Shown: one piece after another, positions 1 to 9,731 of the stretch
How the letters are laid out: every line of letters begins with the position of its first letter
Numbering within the stretch: position 1 is the stretch's first letter
DNA from: an uncultured Alphaproteobacteria bacterium
Lineage (GTDB): Bacteria; Pseudomonadota; Alphaproteobacteria; MPNO01; UBA830
NCBI GenBank assembly: GCA_913046035.1
Contig: CAJWSW010000002.1
Span: 4,046 to 68,045 of the forward strand
Length of the DNA stretch: 64,000 bases
Direction of reading: 5' to 3'
Notes under the pieces: generated by a model
What the model was told of the DNA's origin: nothing
Database searches by the model: none
What the model saw: only the letters and a program-made list of their open reading frames with translations
Program-made: the position numbers and the translations under genes

Positions 1-851
1 ATCTCAGTATTACCATCCTGCGCCATGCTCATGATGACCTTGTTTCCATCAGGCGAAAAACGCGGTGCGAATGTCATACCCGGGAAATCACCAAGGTTTT
101 CTTTCTGCCCGGTCTCGAGATTGCGTAGATAGACCCGCGGTCGGCCGTCAACATACGACAAGTAAGTAATTTCTTGTGCAGTCGGCGAGAACCGAGGTGT
201 AAGTACAAGCGCCTCTCCGTCGGTCAAAAACCTGTGATTAGCCCCATCTTGGTCCATAATCGAGAGTCTTTTAATCCTGCGTTTGGCGGGTCCACTTTCC
301 GAGATATAGACTACACGGGTATCAAAATAGCCGCTTTCACCGGTGATACGCTTATAAACTTCATCTGCGATAATGTGGGCGACGCGTCGCCAATTGTTGG
401 GCGCAGTAAAATAGGCGAGACCGGTCATCTGGGACCCACCGAACACATCCCAAAGGCGGAATTCAACTTTTAAGCGACCGTCCTGCTGCGACCTCGCGCT
501 CCCCGACACTAAAGCTTGAGCATTGATCTGACGCCAATCACCGAACCTAGGTTGAACCTGAAGTGCGGCAACCTGCTGAATAAAAGCGCGCCTATCAATA
601 GGCTGAAACAATCCAGATCTCTCGAGATCAGCGGAGATTAAATCAGCAATCTTACGGCCAATTTCCGCCTCATCTTTAGTCTTCCCAAAAAATTCTGGGA
701 TCGCGATAGGTAATGGTTCGACAGTGCCGCGCGTAATGTCGACTCGCAACTGTGCCTCCGATGGCGTAGTAAAAATAAATGCTACTAATACAAAAACAGT
801 ATTCAGCAGGGCCACTCCGCGAGCACAATGGGTTTTGTAAGACAGGTTCAT
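1..851 (-). CDS. tolB: Tol-Pal system protein TolB, N-terminal part (C-terminus lies beyond window start)
   Basis: Reverse-strand translation from ATG at 851 gives [16 protein letters not shown]... and continues ...[54 protein letters not shown]. Beta-propeller repeats typical of TolB. Start overlaps the tolA stop as ATGA. Not in the ORF track because it is open-ended. Confidence 0.85.
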   Translation of the reverse strand, partial: MNLSYKTHCARGVALLNTVFVLVAFIFTTPSEAQLRVDITRGTVEPLPIAIPEFFGKTKDEAEIGRKIADLISADLERSGLFQPIDRRAFIQQVAALQVQPRFGDWRQINAQALVSGSARSQQDGRLKVEFRLWDVFGGSQMTGLAYFTAPNNWRRVAHIIADEVYKRITGESGYFDTRVVYISESGPAKRRIKRLSIMDQDGANHRFLTDGEALVLTPRFSPTAQEITYLSYVDGRPRVYLRNLETGQKENLGDFPGMTFAPRFSPDGNKVIMSMAQDGNTE

Positions 852-1753
852 TGACCAAGCGCTTCCTTAGGATCAAAGTTTAATACGATTTCTCTCCACA
901 TATCATAATGCTTATATGGGAGCTTTATCGGCACACAAGAGGGATCGCGGAGCGCTCGAAGGGCGCTCTCAGCAACGGCCCGAAAAAACGGATCATTACC
1001 CAACCGCCCTCGGTCTTGAATCCGCGGCACCGCGCTGAGCGATCCATCCTGATTGAACCGCATCCAGATCGCAACCTCCATATTGGCTGCATTCTTTGCT
1101 CCAGCCTGAATTTTCCAACACGGAGAAACTTGTCGCTTAATAGCCTCTGACAATTGGGCAGCGATACGTCGTTGTTCGAATTGCGACCGCCGAAACTTTT
1201 GTTCTGTTCGTTTTGCCAACTTATCCTCTTTTTTTGTAGCACCCAGCTTCGAGAGCTTTTTTTGCTTTTCCAAATTTTTCAACACACTAAAAAATTGTTT
1301 TTCTTTGTCCAGCGGAAGTTTCGGCTTTTTCTTTGGACGCGGTCCAGGTTTTTTCTTAGAAGAGGCCGCAAGCTGTTTCGGTTTGGGTTTCGGTTTCGGT
1401 AGGCTGGGTTTCGCATCCGGTTTACGCTTTGGTTTTGGTACCACCTCTGTCTCCAAATTCGGAGGGATAGGCGGCGCGGTCTTGACGGCAGTATTCGGCA
1501 AAGGCTCAGGAGGCTGTGCCACTTGTTTGGGTGATTTTCGCGTTATCGACCTCTCAGGGGCTTTGAGCGGTGATTTACGTGTTTTCGGTTTTCTGTGCTC
1601 TGGCAGTCTCGCAAATTCATCCTGCGAGACAACCTCAACCGCCACAGGCACCACTCCTTTGCGTTCTGATTGCAGGATTTTGGGCAGACCAACCAATATT
1701 AACAAAACTATGATCGTATGAAGTAAACCTGAAATCGCCGCGCCGTATCGCAT
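848..1753 (-). CDS. tolA: TolA-like envelope protein: N-terminal TM anchor, Pro/Lys/Glu-rich low-complexity linker, C-terminal TolA/TonB-type domain
   Basis: Position between tolR and tolB. TM helix [24 protein letters not shown]-rich middle region. Size 301 aa. Confidence 0.7.
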   Translation of the reverse strand: MRYGAAISGLLHTIIVLLILVGLPKILQSERKGVVPVAVEVVSQDEFARLPEHRKPKTRKSPLKAPERSITRKSPKQVAQPPEPLPNTAVKTAPPIPPNLETEVVPKPKRKPDAKPSLPKPKPKPKQLAASSKKKPGPRPKKKPKLPLDKEKQFFSVLKNLEKQKKLSKLGATKKEDKLAKRTEQKFRRSQFEQRRIAAQLSEAIKRQVSPCWKIQAGAKNAANMEVAIWMRFNQDGSLSAVPRIQDRGRLGNDPFFRAVAESALRALRDPSCVPIKLPYKHYDMWREIVLNFDPKEALGQ

Positions 1754-1756
1754 TGA

Positions 1757-2221
1757 TCACTTTTGCCCTCTAGGGGCTTCCCTTGGTAATTGAGTGATAA
1801 GTGCTACACGTGAAAATCCCGCGCGATTTACTGCTCCCATAACCTCCATTACGCGACCATACTCAATCATCTGATCACCTCGAACAAAAATACGGGTATC
1901 TCTTTTATTATTGGTAATTGCATCCAATCGCGGCACGAGCTGATTGAGCGTGATTTTGGTTTCCTGCAAAAAAACTTCACCTTTCGCATTAACGCTTATA
2001 ACCAGCGGCTCATCCTGACCAACCATCTGGGATGCATCAGTTTTTGGAAGGTCGACCGGCACGCCGACAGTTAGCAGTGGCGCGGTTACCATGAATACGA
2101 CCAATAGCACCAACATAACGTCAACGAGCGGGGTCACATTGATTTCACTCATCGGAATATAGCTTCCGCTTCGTCGGCCTCGGCCGCGTACAGCCGGTCT
2201 ATTGTTTGACATTATAGCCAT
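1757..2221 (-). CDS. tolR: TolR (ExbD/TolR family biopolymer transport protein)
   Basis: 154 aa with single TM VTPLVDVMLVLLVVFMV carrying the conserved Asp. Immediately downstream of tolQ. Confidence 0.85.
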   Translation of the reverse strand: MAIMSNNRPAVRGRGRRSGSYIPMSEINVTPLVDVMLVLLVVFMVTAPLLTVGVPVDLPKTDASQMVGQDEPLVISVNAKGEVFLQETKITLNQLVPRLDAITNNKRDTRIFVRGDQMIEYGRVMEVMGAVNRAGFSRVALITQLPREAPRGQK

Positions 2222-2224
2222 AAA

Positions 2225-2956
2225 TCAGTCCCCATCCTCAGCCTGCCGAGAGAGGATAGCCCCAAATTCGCCAGCGAATGCCTCAAGATGCCCTGCAAAC
2301 CGACTGATATCGGTCGATAACTTATTGTAGGCAATAACAGCCGGGATTGCCGCCACAAGTCCCAGAGCCGTAGCGAATAAAGCCTCGGCGATACCAGGTG
2401 CTACCACTGCAAGCGAGGTGTTTTTTGACACTGCAATTGCCGTGAAACTGTTCATTATTCCCCATACAGTGCCGAACAGGCCAACGAATGGCGCTGTCGA
2501 CCCCACGGAAGCCAAAAAAGTCATATAACGTTCAAGATGGTCTAGCTCTCGGTTGAGGGTGATCTGCATTACTCGGTCGATGCGTTCGGATAGGTTCTGA
2601 TGTCCGTCGCTATCCCGTCCAGATCGCCCTGCCGAACGCCGCCATTCTCGCATCGCTGCAGAAAAGACAGCAGACATTGGATCAACGGGGCGAGTTCCAA
2701 TCCGATCAAAAAGATCATCCAAAGATCCACCTGACCAGAAAGTCTCTTCAAATTGGGATGCCTGCAATCGCAACCGCCGTATTCGTCTGACTTTTTCAAA
2801 GATAATTGCCCAGCACCAAAACGAGGCGAGCAGCAAGCCAATCATTACCGCTTTCACAACGAAATCGGCCTGCAAAAACAATCCCCAAATTGACATGTCT
2901 GCATTCACAGAACCTGCCAATGCCGCGGACTGAACCGCTGTTGCTTCCATACTCAT
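2225..2956 (-). CDS. tolQ: TolQ (MotA/TolQ/ExbB proton channel)
   Basis: 243 aa, three TM segments, conserved C-terminal channel motifs (GLFGTVWGIM, AIAVSKNTSLAVVAPGIAEALFATALGLVAAIPAV). Confidence 0.9.
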   Translation of the reverse strand: MSMEATAVQSAALAGSVNADMSIWGLFLQADFVVKAVMIGLLLASFWCWAIIFEKVRRIRRLRLQASQFEETFWSGGSLDDLFDRIGTRPVDPMSAVFSAAMREWRRSAGRSGRDSDGHQNLSERIDRVMQITLNRELDHLERYMTFLASVGSTAPFVGLFGTVWGIMNSFTAIAVSKNTSLAVVAPGIAEALFATALGLVAAIPAVIAYNKLSTDISRFAGHLEAFAGEFGAILSRQAEDGD

Positions 2957-2984
2957 ATCTGTAATACGCCTATTTTGATGTCAA

Positions 2985-3401
2985 TCATGATATTTTCAAA
3001 TTTAGCGCTAATCGAAGATTTTCTGGCAAGCGAACTGGACGGCTATTTCTGTTCAGGCATACCAGCTGTATTTTGATACCTACGAGTGTAGCCCCTTCCC
3101 GCTTAACCAGCTGTTCAAGCCAGAAACTAGCGCCGGTTGTCTTGAGACTACGAGTGCAAATTTGAAGCGCATCATCTAGCCGCGCGGGTCTAAAATAGTC
3201 CACTTCGCATCTTCGAACCGCGAAAACCAAACTTCTCTCTGTCATCAAGGCAATATGATCAAATCCAGCGTCGCGGAGGAACTCCGTCCGCGCTCGTTCA
3301 GCGAACCGGAGATAATTACTATAATAGACAACACCTCCCGCATCGGTATCCTCGTAATATACACGGATCGAATGGAGGTGTTCCATTCCCACGTTAGTCA
3401 T
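2985..3401 (-). CDS. ybgC: Tol-Pal-associated acyl-CoA thioesterase YbgC (hotdog fold)
   Basis: 4HBT-like hotdog motif [21 protein letters not shown]. Located directly upstream of tolQ. Start chosen at internal Met to avoid a long overlap with ruvB; the ORF track extends to 3431. Confidence 0.75.
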   Translation of the reverse strand: MTNVGMEHLHSIRVYYEDTDAGGVVYYSNYLRFAERARTEFLRDAGFDHIALMTERSLVFAVRRCEVDYFRPARLDDALQICTRSLKTTGASFWLEQLVKREGATLVGIKIQLVCLNRNSRPVRLPENLRLALNLKIS

Positions 3402-4443
3402 CACCATCTTCCGCCGTTCTAAGAAGATCAAGCTGGGAATCGTGTCCCTTCGGCACAGAGAAACCTAAATGTTTATAAGCATTGAGCGTTAACATGCGTC
3501 CCCGGGGTGAACGCTGGAGCAACCCACATTGCAGTAAAAAAGGCTCGATTACTTCCTCGATCGCGTCCCGCTGTTCTGACAGAGCTGCCGCCAAAGTGTC
3601 GACGCCAACGGGTCCTCCAGAGTAGTTCGCTGCGATACAAGATAAATAACGTCGATCCATGGAATCAAGACCGAGCTCGTCAACCTCCAAACGTCTAAGA
3701 GCCTCATCAGCAATCTTTGAGCACACCGAATGCACCCCAGCAACGCCTGCAAAATCGCGTACTCTCCGTAAGAGCCGAACAGCGACACGCGGCGTGCCGC
3801 GTGAACGAGCAGCAATTTCTCTCGCACCGTCTTCTGTCAAATTAATGCCGAGCACAGAAGCACCCCTGAGGACGACTTGCTCCAGATCTTTAACCTCATA
3901 GAATTCAAGCCGCATCGGGATACCAAAACGTTCTCGAAGTGGTGTAGTCAGCAATCCGGAACGCGTCGTTGCTCCTACTAGCGTAAATGGCGGTAATTCA
4001 ATCTGGACCGACCGGGCGGACGGCCCTTCGCCAATAATTAAGTCTAACTTGCCATCCTCCATCGCGGGATAGAGAATTTCCTCTACCGTCGAGTTAAGCC
4101 TGTGAATCTCATCAATAAACAAGACATCGAAAGGTTCGAGGTTGGTTAGAATTGCAGCGAGGTCCCCAGCTTTGGAAATTACTGGACCCGATGTCGCCCG
4201 AAAGCCGACGCCCAGTTCACGAGCCACGATTTGCGCCAGTGTCGTCTTTCCAAGACCGGGAGGCCCAAAAAACAAAACATGGTCCATTGCCTCGCGGCGA
4301 TCGCGGGCAGCTTTAACGAAAACGCCGAGGTTTTCACGGAGTGCAGACTGGCCAACGAAATCATCAAGCAACTGCGGCCGAACATGCTTTTCGGACTGGT
4401 CGCCCTCTGAGAAATCTGTCGCAACAGCGCGGTCTTCAGTCAT
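3394..4443 (-). CDS. ruvB: Holliday junction branch migration ATPase RuvB
   Basis: Walker [24 protein letters not shown]+ domain, 349 aa. Confidence 0.95.
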   Translation of the reverse strand: MTEDRAVATDFSEGDQSEKHVRPQLLDDFVGQSALRENLGVFVKAARDRREAMDHVLFFGPPGLGKTTLAQIVARELGVGFRATSGPVISKAGDLAAILTNLEPFDVLFIDEIHRLNSTVEEILYPAMEDGKLDLIIGEGPSARSVQIELPPFTLVGATTRSGLLTTPLRERFGIPMRLEFYEVKDLEQVVLRGASVLGINLTEDGAREIAARSRGTPRVAVRLLRRVRDFAGVAGVHSVCSKIADEALRRLEVDELGLDSMDRRYLSCIAANYSGGPVGVDTLAAALSEQRDAIEEVIEPFLLQCGLLQRSPRGRMLTLNAYKHLGFSVPKGHDSQLDLLRTAEDGDD

Positions 4444-5057
4444 CCCGACAACTCTCGCAGACCGGCGCGGATTAGATCTTCAACTGGAGCCGCTTCGCTG
4501 GAAGTATTGATCGCGCTTGATACAGCAGAAAATGCGGCGCTGCGCTGATATCCCAGATTTACTAGAGCCGATACTGCATCATCGAAAGCAGCCGAACCCG
4601 AACCTTTCCCTGACGCGGCAGAAGCAGTCGCTGAAGGAAACGCAGACCCCGGCAAACCACCTGTTTTATCTTTAAGCTCACTAAGAAGCCGGGTCGCTAG
4701 CTTTGGTCCCACTCCTGGCGCCCGAGTTATCATCCCTTTATCCTCAGAAAGAATCGCATCCGATAATTCCGCCGGCGACAGCACAGAGAGGATACCTAAG
4801 CCCACCTTTGCACCAACCCCTTGAACAGAGGTTAGTAGCCGGAACCAATCGCGTTCAGCCTGATCGAGAAAACCGTAGAGATGAATGTGGTCTTCTCGAA
4901 TATGAGTTTCGATAATTAAAGAGACGATTTCTCCACGAGACGGAAAATTTATCAAAGTACGTGTTGAACAGAAAATAAGATAACCCACACCGTTGGTATC
5001 AATCACGACCCAGTCTTCGCCGGTTGAATCCAATACGCCGGTAAGCTTTGCAATCAT
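4440..5057 (-). CDS. ruvA: Holliday junction DNA helicase subunit RuvA
   Basis: [10 protein letters not shown]... N-terminus typical of RuvA, 205 aa. 4-nt overlap with ruvB. Confidence 0.9.
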   Translation of the reverse strand: MIAKLTGVLDSTGEDWVVIDTNGVGYLIFCSTRTLINFPSRGEIVSLIIETHIREDHIHLYGFLDQAERDWFRLLTSVQGVGAKVGLGILSVLSPAELSDAILSEDKGMITRAPGVGPKLATRLLSELKDKTGGLPGSAFPSATASAASGKGSGSAAFDDAVSALVNLGYQRSAAFSAVSSAINTSSEAAPVEDLIRAGLRELSG

Positions 5058-5569
5058 ACGCGCACTTTCTTCGGAAAATCATACCTGACATTGGGCGGGC
5101 GACGGTGGTGAGCATGGCATATAGCAATCGCAAGGGCATCGGAAGCGTCTGCACTTTTTGGTTTTGCGCCAGGGAGGAGAACGCTCACCATCGTCTGCAC
5201 TTGGCGCTTGTCTGCATGCCCATTCCCAACCAGCGATTTCTTAATTAAATTAGCAGGGTATTCAGCAACGGGGATCCCAGCCTGGGCAGGCGCTAGCATA
5301 ACAGCGCCGCGCGCTTGGCCGAGCTTTAACGTTGATGATGGGTTTTTGTTTACAAATGTTTCCTCAACCGCAGCCTCTGCGGGGCCGAAAGCCTCTATCA
5401 CCCCCGATAAAGCATCAAACAACTGCGACAGCCTCTCTGCGAGGGGCAGGCTCACCGTAGACGCGACCTCGCCAGACGCCACATGCACAAGATTACTCCC
5501 ATCAACTTCGATAACGCCCCAGCCTGTGCGCCGCAATCCGGGATCTAAGCCTATCAGCCGCAATGCCAT
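5054..5569 (-). CDS. ruvC: Crossover junction endodeoxyribonuclease RuvC
   Basis: MALRLIGLDPGLRRTGWGVIEVDG... RNase H-like fold signature. Start moved to internal Met at 5569; the ORF track extends to 5671 and overlaps yebC. Confidence 0.85.
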   Translation of the reverse strand: MALRLIGLDPGLRRTGWGVIEVDGSNLVHVASGEVASTVSLPLAERLSQLFDALSGVIEAFGPAEAAVEETFVNKNPSSTLKLGQARGAVMLAPAQAGIPVAEYPANLIKKSLVGNGHADKRQVQTMVSVLLPGAKPKSADASDALAIAICHAHHRRPPNVRYDFPKKVRV

Positions 5570-5585
5570 TAGCGCCCTCCTAGGC

Positions 5586-6332
5586 TCATCTCGAGAGTTG
5601 TTCCATGACTTCCTCATCAATTTCGACGTTTGAAGATACCTTTTGAACATCGTCGTTATCCTCAAGCGCATCCACGAGACTTAGCAACGTTTTGGCGCTT
5701 TCAGCGTCAAGATTCACATTGTTCTGCGGTTTCCATGATAATTCCGCAGACTCAGCTGTCCCGAACTTTTCTTCCAGCCTGTCTCGAACATCGTTAAAGT
5801 CGTTTGGATCACAAATAACTTCGTGACCGTCATTGGTTGATTCTACATCCTGCGCACCAGCCTCTAGGGCAACTTCGAACATTGCATCAGCGTCCGCTAC
5901 CTGCGCGGGATATATCACTTGTCCCACGCGATCGAACATGAAACTAACACTGCCGGTTTCACCAAGATTACCACCAAATTTCGTAAAAGCGGCGCGCACA
6001 TCGCTTGCTGTTCGATTTCTGTTATCGGTAAGCGCCTCAACGATTACAGCGACACCTTTAGGACCGTAACCCTCGTATCGGATTTCTTCGAATTGTTCAG
6101 TATCATCGCTTCCTGAGCCGCGCGCGATAGCCCGCTCCATAGTATCCTTTCCCATATTCGCGCTTTTGGATGCCGCAATTGCCGCTCGTAGACGGGGATT
6201 AGAATCTGGATCCCCTCCGTTTTTGGCCGCGACCGTAAGTTCGCGAATTAGTTTGGTGAAAACCTTGGCTCGCTTGGCATCCTGTGCACCTTTTCGATAC
6301 TGGATATTTTTGAATTTGGAATGGCCAGCCAT
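5586..6332 (-). CDS. yebC: YebC/PmpR family DNA-binding transcriptional regulator
   Basis: [37 protein letters not shown]... is the canonical YebC N-terminus. Confidence 0.9.
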   Translation of the reverse strand: MAGHSKFKNIQYRKGAQDAKRAKVFTKLIRELTVAAKNGGDPDSNPRLRAAIAASKSANMGKDTMERAIARGSGSDDTEQFEEIRYEGYGPKGVAVIVEALTDNRNRTASDVRAAFTKFGGNLGETGSVSFMFDRVGQVIYPAQVADADAMFEVALEAGAQDVESTNDGHEVICDPNDFNDVRDRLEEKFGTAESAELSWKPQNNVNLDAESAKTLLSLVDALEDNDDVQKVSSNVEIDEEVMEQLSR

Positions 6333-6852
6333 TATCGCTCCAACTTTTCTAATAAACTTGCAAACTTATACTATATCTCGTGGCAGTACGACCATAAGAC
6401 CCCATAATTTCCCTACTACAGCACCAATACACGAATAGTTGAATAATGTGGCAAGAATGGGGCGCTCGCAGGGGCTTATGCTTGTTTTTGACTATTACCC
6501 CTATTGGATCACCTGCATGTCGGCCGGTATGATATCGATCTTTAATAGCGATGTCCGTGATATAACAGGTTCCGTTAAGGCATGTTTGTTATTTATGGAT
6601 CTGAGTTCGGGTCAGCTTTCGGTCTAGCAATGTAACTCGGGCATTTTCTTCGATAAAAGCGAAAGCCGATTGGCGCAAAGGCAAGTCATCAAAGAGTGTG
6701 AATAAAGGCAAAAGCCCGTAAGCTTGATCGGAATAAGTGCGCCAACAAGAGAAATTCGCTCATTTCTAGCGCACTAAATCCAAAACTTTCGTAGACAGGG
6801 AGGCGCCGCACCATACACTTACAATAATTACACAACGCTCTGGAGACCTGCG

Positions 6853-7245
6853 ATGAAAAAGAGTGAGTTATTTGAAAAAGGCGCCGCCACCCGGCGCGAC
6901 GTTATGGGCCCCGACATTGCCAAAAAAATGGACGAAACGGTGTACACCGGACCCGTTATGGAGACGTTTGCGGAATTTGCCACCGAAGCTGTGTTTGGAT
7001 TGCTATGGTCACGGCCCGGCCTCGACCACAAAACTCGTGCTATAGTTACCGTCACTAGCGATGTTTGCAACCAATGCTGGCCGGAGCTCGAGATACATCT
7101 TCGCTTTGCACTTAATCTCGGCTGGACGGAGGAAGAGCTCACAGAAACGTTACTACATCTTGGTGGCTATATTGGTGTACCAGTTATCCGAGAAGCCATG
7201 CTAATCGCAGACCGTGTTTTTGCTGAAGCAGAACGAATAGAGTGA
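6853..7245 (+). CDS. Carboxymuconolactone decarboxylase family protein (PcaC/AhpD-like)
   Basis: 130 aa, CMD-family pattern around ...LLWSRPGLDHKTRAIVTVTSDVCNQCWPELEIH. Confidence 0.7.
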   Translation: MKKSELFEKGAATRRDVMGPDIAKKMDETVYTGPVMETFAEFATEAVFGLLWSRPGLDHKTRAIVTVTSDVCNQCWPELEIHLRFALNLGWTEEELTETLLHLGGYIGVPVIREAMLIADRVFAEAERIE

Positions 7246-7267
7246 ATCTTACGCCGCAAATTCACGC

Positions 7268-8080
7268 CTAGCCCGGCTCTTCTCTTCGCAGGCGACCGCC
7301 AATTCGAACTGGACAGATATGAGTCGCGAGGCCCGTTTTATCATCGGTATCTACAAGGATGGCACAGAGAGTGGCCTCACCTTGGGCTGCCTCCATTCGA
7401 GCAGTAGGCATTTTCCGGACGAACCGTTCGACCGAAATTTCTTTACGAATACCTATTACAGAATCGTAATCGCCACACATTCCAATATCGGTAATGTAGC
7501 CAGTGCCACTGGGGAATATTTGGGCGTCAGCTGTAGGTATGTGGGTGTGAGTGCCCACGACCACTGAAACTCGGCCATCTAAGAAGTGACCCATAGCCAT
7601 TTTTTCGCTGGATGCCTCGCCATGAAAATCAAGTACGATGGCCTGAGCATTTGAACCAAGACGCCACGTTTCCAGCATATTTTCGACAGCGGCAAATGGG
7701 TCGTCGAGAGGATCCATAAATAATCGCGCCATCAGTTGAACAACCACGACGCCTCGGCCTTGGGCATCTGCAAGCCTTGAAATACCCTTGCCAGGGGTGC
7801 CTTTTGGAAAATTAGCAGGCCTCAAAATACGCGGCTCTTTATCAAAATGGGGGATAATCTCTCTCTGATCCCAAACATGGTTGCCAGTGGTAATCGCGTC
7901 AGCACCCGCTTCAAAAAATTCATCACAAATTTTAGGGGTAATTCCAAACCCTCCTGCAGCGTTCTCACCGTTAATGATCACGAAATCTACTCGATAGCGG
8001 TCACGCAGCTTCGGCAGGTGTTGGGCAATAGCCTTGCGACCGGATCGGCCCACGACGTCACCGCAAATCAAAATACGCAT
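7268..8080 (-). CDS. YmdB-like metallophosphoesterase (TIGR00282 family)
   Basis: MRILICGDVVGRSGRKA...FVIINGENAAGGFGIT... metal-binding motifs of the YmdB family. Confidence 0.8.
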   Translation of the reverse strand: MRILICGDVVGRSGRKAIAQHLPKLRDRYRVDFVIINGENAAGGFGITPKICDEFFEAGADAITTGNHVWDQREIIPHFDKEPRILRPANFPKGTPGKGISRLADAQGRGVVVVQLMARLFMDPLDDPFAAVENMLETWRLGSNAQAIVLDFHGEASSEKMAMGHFLDGRVSVVVGTHTHIPTADAQIFPSGTGYITDIGMCGDYDSVIGIRKEISVERFVRKMPTARMEAAQGEATLCAILVDTDDKTGLATHICPVRIGGRLRREEPG

Positions 8081-8716
8081 TTAAACGACAAATCCCTCTT
8101 TTTTGGCACTTGGGATGAGAACTCGCTTATCGGTAAGAATTAAGTCGAGTGGCTCGTCAAGCGGATGGGTGGGTATCTTAGCGCATTCCTGTTCCTCGTA
8201 ACCTACCCCGACGGCATCAACATTCCCGCATGCCCGCAGTGATTGGAGTGTACGATCATAATAGCCGCCACCATAGCCGATGCGATTTCCATGTGCATCA
8301 AAGCCCAATAAAGGCACGATTATCAGATCAGGAACCGCGTCAGTTCGCCTTGGGTGTGGCTCCTGCACGCCAAAAGCGGCATCAACAAGCTCATCACCAG
8401 GAAACCATCGGCGAAAGCTCTGTAGAGATGTGCTATCATTCATTACAGGTAATGCTGTGACTACCCCTTGCGAAGCCAAATCGTAAAGAATAGGCCGAAC
8501 GTCAATTTCATCTTTTAAAGGCCAATATGCCGCGACAGTTGAACCTGAGAGCTTCCCTCCAAAACGATCGACAAACAAATTATGCAGTCCAATTTTGGCA
8601 GTCGCGCAACGCGCCTTGTGAACATTATTTCGCCTTCGACGCAACTCTACCCGGAGTCTTAATTTTTCACGTTCAATGAAATCACAGCCAGAACTCAAAG
8701 CGATACCCTTTTTCAC
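8081..8716 (-). CDS. ygfA: 5-formyltetrahydrofolate cyclo-ligase
   Basis: C-terminal GYGGGYYDRTL motif, 211 aa. Confidence 0.85.
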   Translation of the reverse strand: MKKGIALSSGCDFIEREKLRLRVELRRRRNNVHKARCATAKIGLHNLFVDRFGGKLSGSTVAAYWPLKDEIDVRPILYDLASQGVVTALPVMNDSTSLQSFRRWFPGDELVDAAFGVQEPHPRRTDAVPDLIIVPLLGFDAHGNRIGYGGGYYDRTLQSLRACGNVDAVGVGYEEQECAKIPTHPLDEPLDLILTDKRVLIPSAKKEGFVV

Positions 8717-8721
8717 TTAAG

Positions 8722-8886
8722 TTGGCGGAGCCGTCTTGGTCGTTCGTCAATATGATCCTCTGCGGCCTGCACGAGACAGGTGGGCACCGCATGTCGGGAC
8801 CAAGACCCCGACAGAGACAGTTCCCGAGAGAGTTGTATTGGCCCCAGGGATGCAAGGACGTGTCGCACCAGACAGCACCGCCGGAT
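8722..8886 (-). ncRNA. ssrS: Candidate 6S RNA (ssrS) in the conserved zapA-ssrS-ygfA arrangement
   Basis: A 239-nt non-coding gap between zapA and ygfA on the same strand. Minus-strand 5' segment CCGGCGGTGCTGTC (plus 8871-8884) can pair 11/12 with 3' segment GACGGCTCCGCC (plus 8724-8735), giving a closing stem about 165 nt apart. An internal GTCGGGGTCTTGGTCCCGAC hairpin sits on the 3' side of the putative central bubble. Boundaries are approximate. Confidence 0.45.
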
Positions 8887-8955
8887 TTCAAAATAGGACA
8901 TAAATTGTTCTCGGGAAATAAACTTTAATGCGTTTGTTGTACCGGGCTAGACAAT

Positions 8956-9276
8956 TTAAGCGAAACGCTGCGTGACAATTTCTATGCGGGTAGCAGCATC
9001 ATTCACGATACTGGCCAGCTTTGCCTCTGCCTCTTTTAAAGATACCGCAACGTCATCCGTTTTTTTAAGATTGGCGTGCACCTGAGCCAGTTCATCTGAA
9101 ATCATAAGGGCCGTCATAACCAAAAGTCTGGTGTCTCCCACTTGCCCTATGGATGACACCAGCTCCTGAACACGTTTTTCAAGATACTCACCAAGCTCTG
9201 CCAAGCGGGCTTCTTGGCCGTCATCGCAGATAATCTGATAATTTTTCCCGTTTACAGTAACTTCCACCTGTGACAT
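8956..9276 (-). CDS. zapA: Cell division protein ZapA
   Basis: 106 aa, MSQVEVTVNGKNYQIICDDGQEARLAELGEYLEKRV... ZapA fold signature. Confidence 0.8.
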   Translation of the reverse strand: MSQVEVTVNGKNYQIICDDGQEARLAELGEYLEKRVQELVSSIGQVGDTRLLVMTALMISDELAQVHANLKKTDDVAVSLKEAEAKLASIVNDAATRIEIVTQRFA

Positions 9277-9277
9277 G

Positions 9278-9502
9278 TCAATTTTCCAGAATGCTTTTTA
9301 TCCTCTGGATGGTATCATCAAGCTTTTCTGCCATAGATTTATTCAGAGCACGCAATTTACCCACTTCGGCCCGCGCCGCTTTCAAATCATCCTCTATCGG
9401 ATTCTGCGATGGAGAGACACCTCCGGGAGTTGCGCCCGCCGCCGCCTCAAGCGCCGAGAGCGCGCGGTTAAGGCGCTTTTCCGCTTCATCTAATTTCGAC
9501 AC
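9278..9502 (-). CDS. Small coiled-coil protein, ZauP/ZapB-like partner of ZapA
   Basis: 74 aa, entirely heptad-like (LDEAEKRLNRALSALEAAAG...). Lies 1 nt upstream of zapA on the same strand. Confidence 0.5.
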   Translation of the reverse strand: MSKLDEAEKRLNRALSALEAAAGATPGGVSPSQNPIEDDLKAARAEVGKLRALNKSMAEKLDDTIQRIKSILEN

Positions 9503-9731
9503 TAATTTGTCTAACCCACCAAGGTTTATGACCGTCAGGACAATACGACGAGGATCGAAGGGGCGTCAACCAGGCCGAAACAGCAGAGCGTCCCGCTATC
9601 CCCCACACGAATCACCGTCCCCGATTTTATATCGAAAAGGCTGGTTTTCCGCGAGTAATGGTTCCGTCAAAGATTGTGTTTTTTGGATCTATAGAGTAAT
9701 GAATCGGGTCAATATTTGGAGGGACTGAGCG

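Noticed and set aside
174-473. 99-aa plus-strand ORF near window start
   Set aside because: Lies antisense inside the well-supported tolB reading frame. No recognisable domain.
925-1721. Several ORFs (925-1242 minus, 1154-1402 plus, 1305-1721 plus) inside tolA
   Set aside because: Translations are low-complexity (FGFGFG, RLF repeats) generated by the K/P-rich repetitive tolA sequence on alternative frames.
3507-4510. Plus-strand and alternative-frame ORFs within ruvB (3507-3698, 3549-3827, 3659-3901, 4142-4510, 4179-4424)
   Set aside because: All overlap the strongly supported ruvB CDS. Arg/Ser-rich composition typical of antisense GC-rich frames.
8682-8928. Small ORFs (62-69 aa) on both strands between ygfA and zapA
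   Set aside because: No SD. The region is better explained as the 6S RNA locus. The ORFs are mutually overlapping in different frames.
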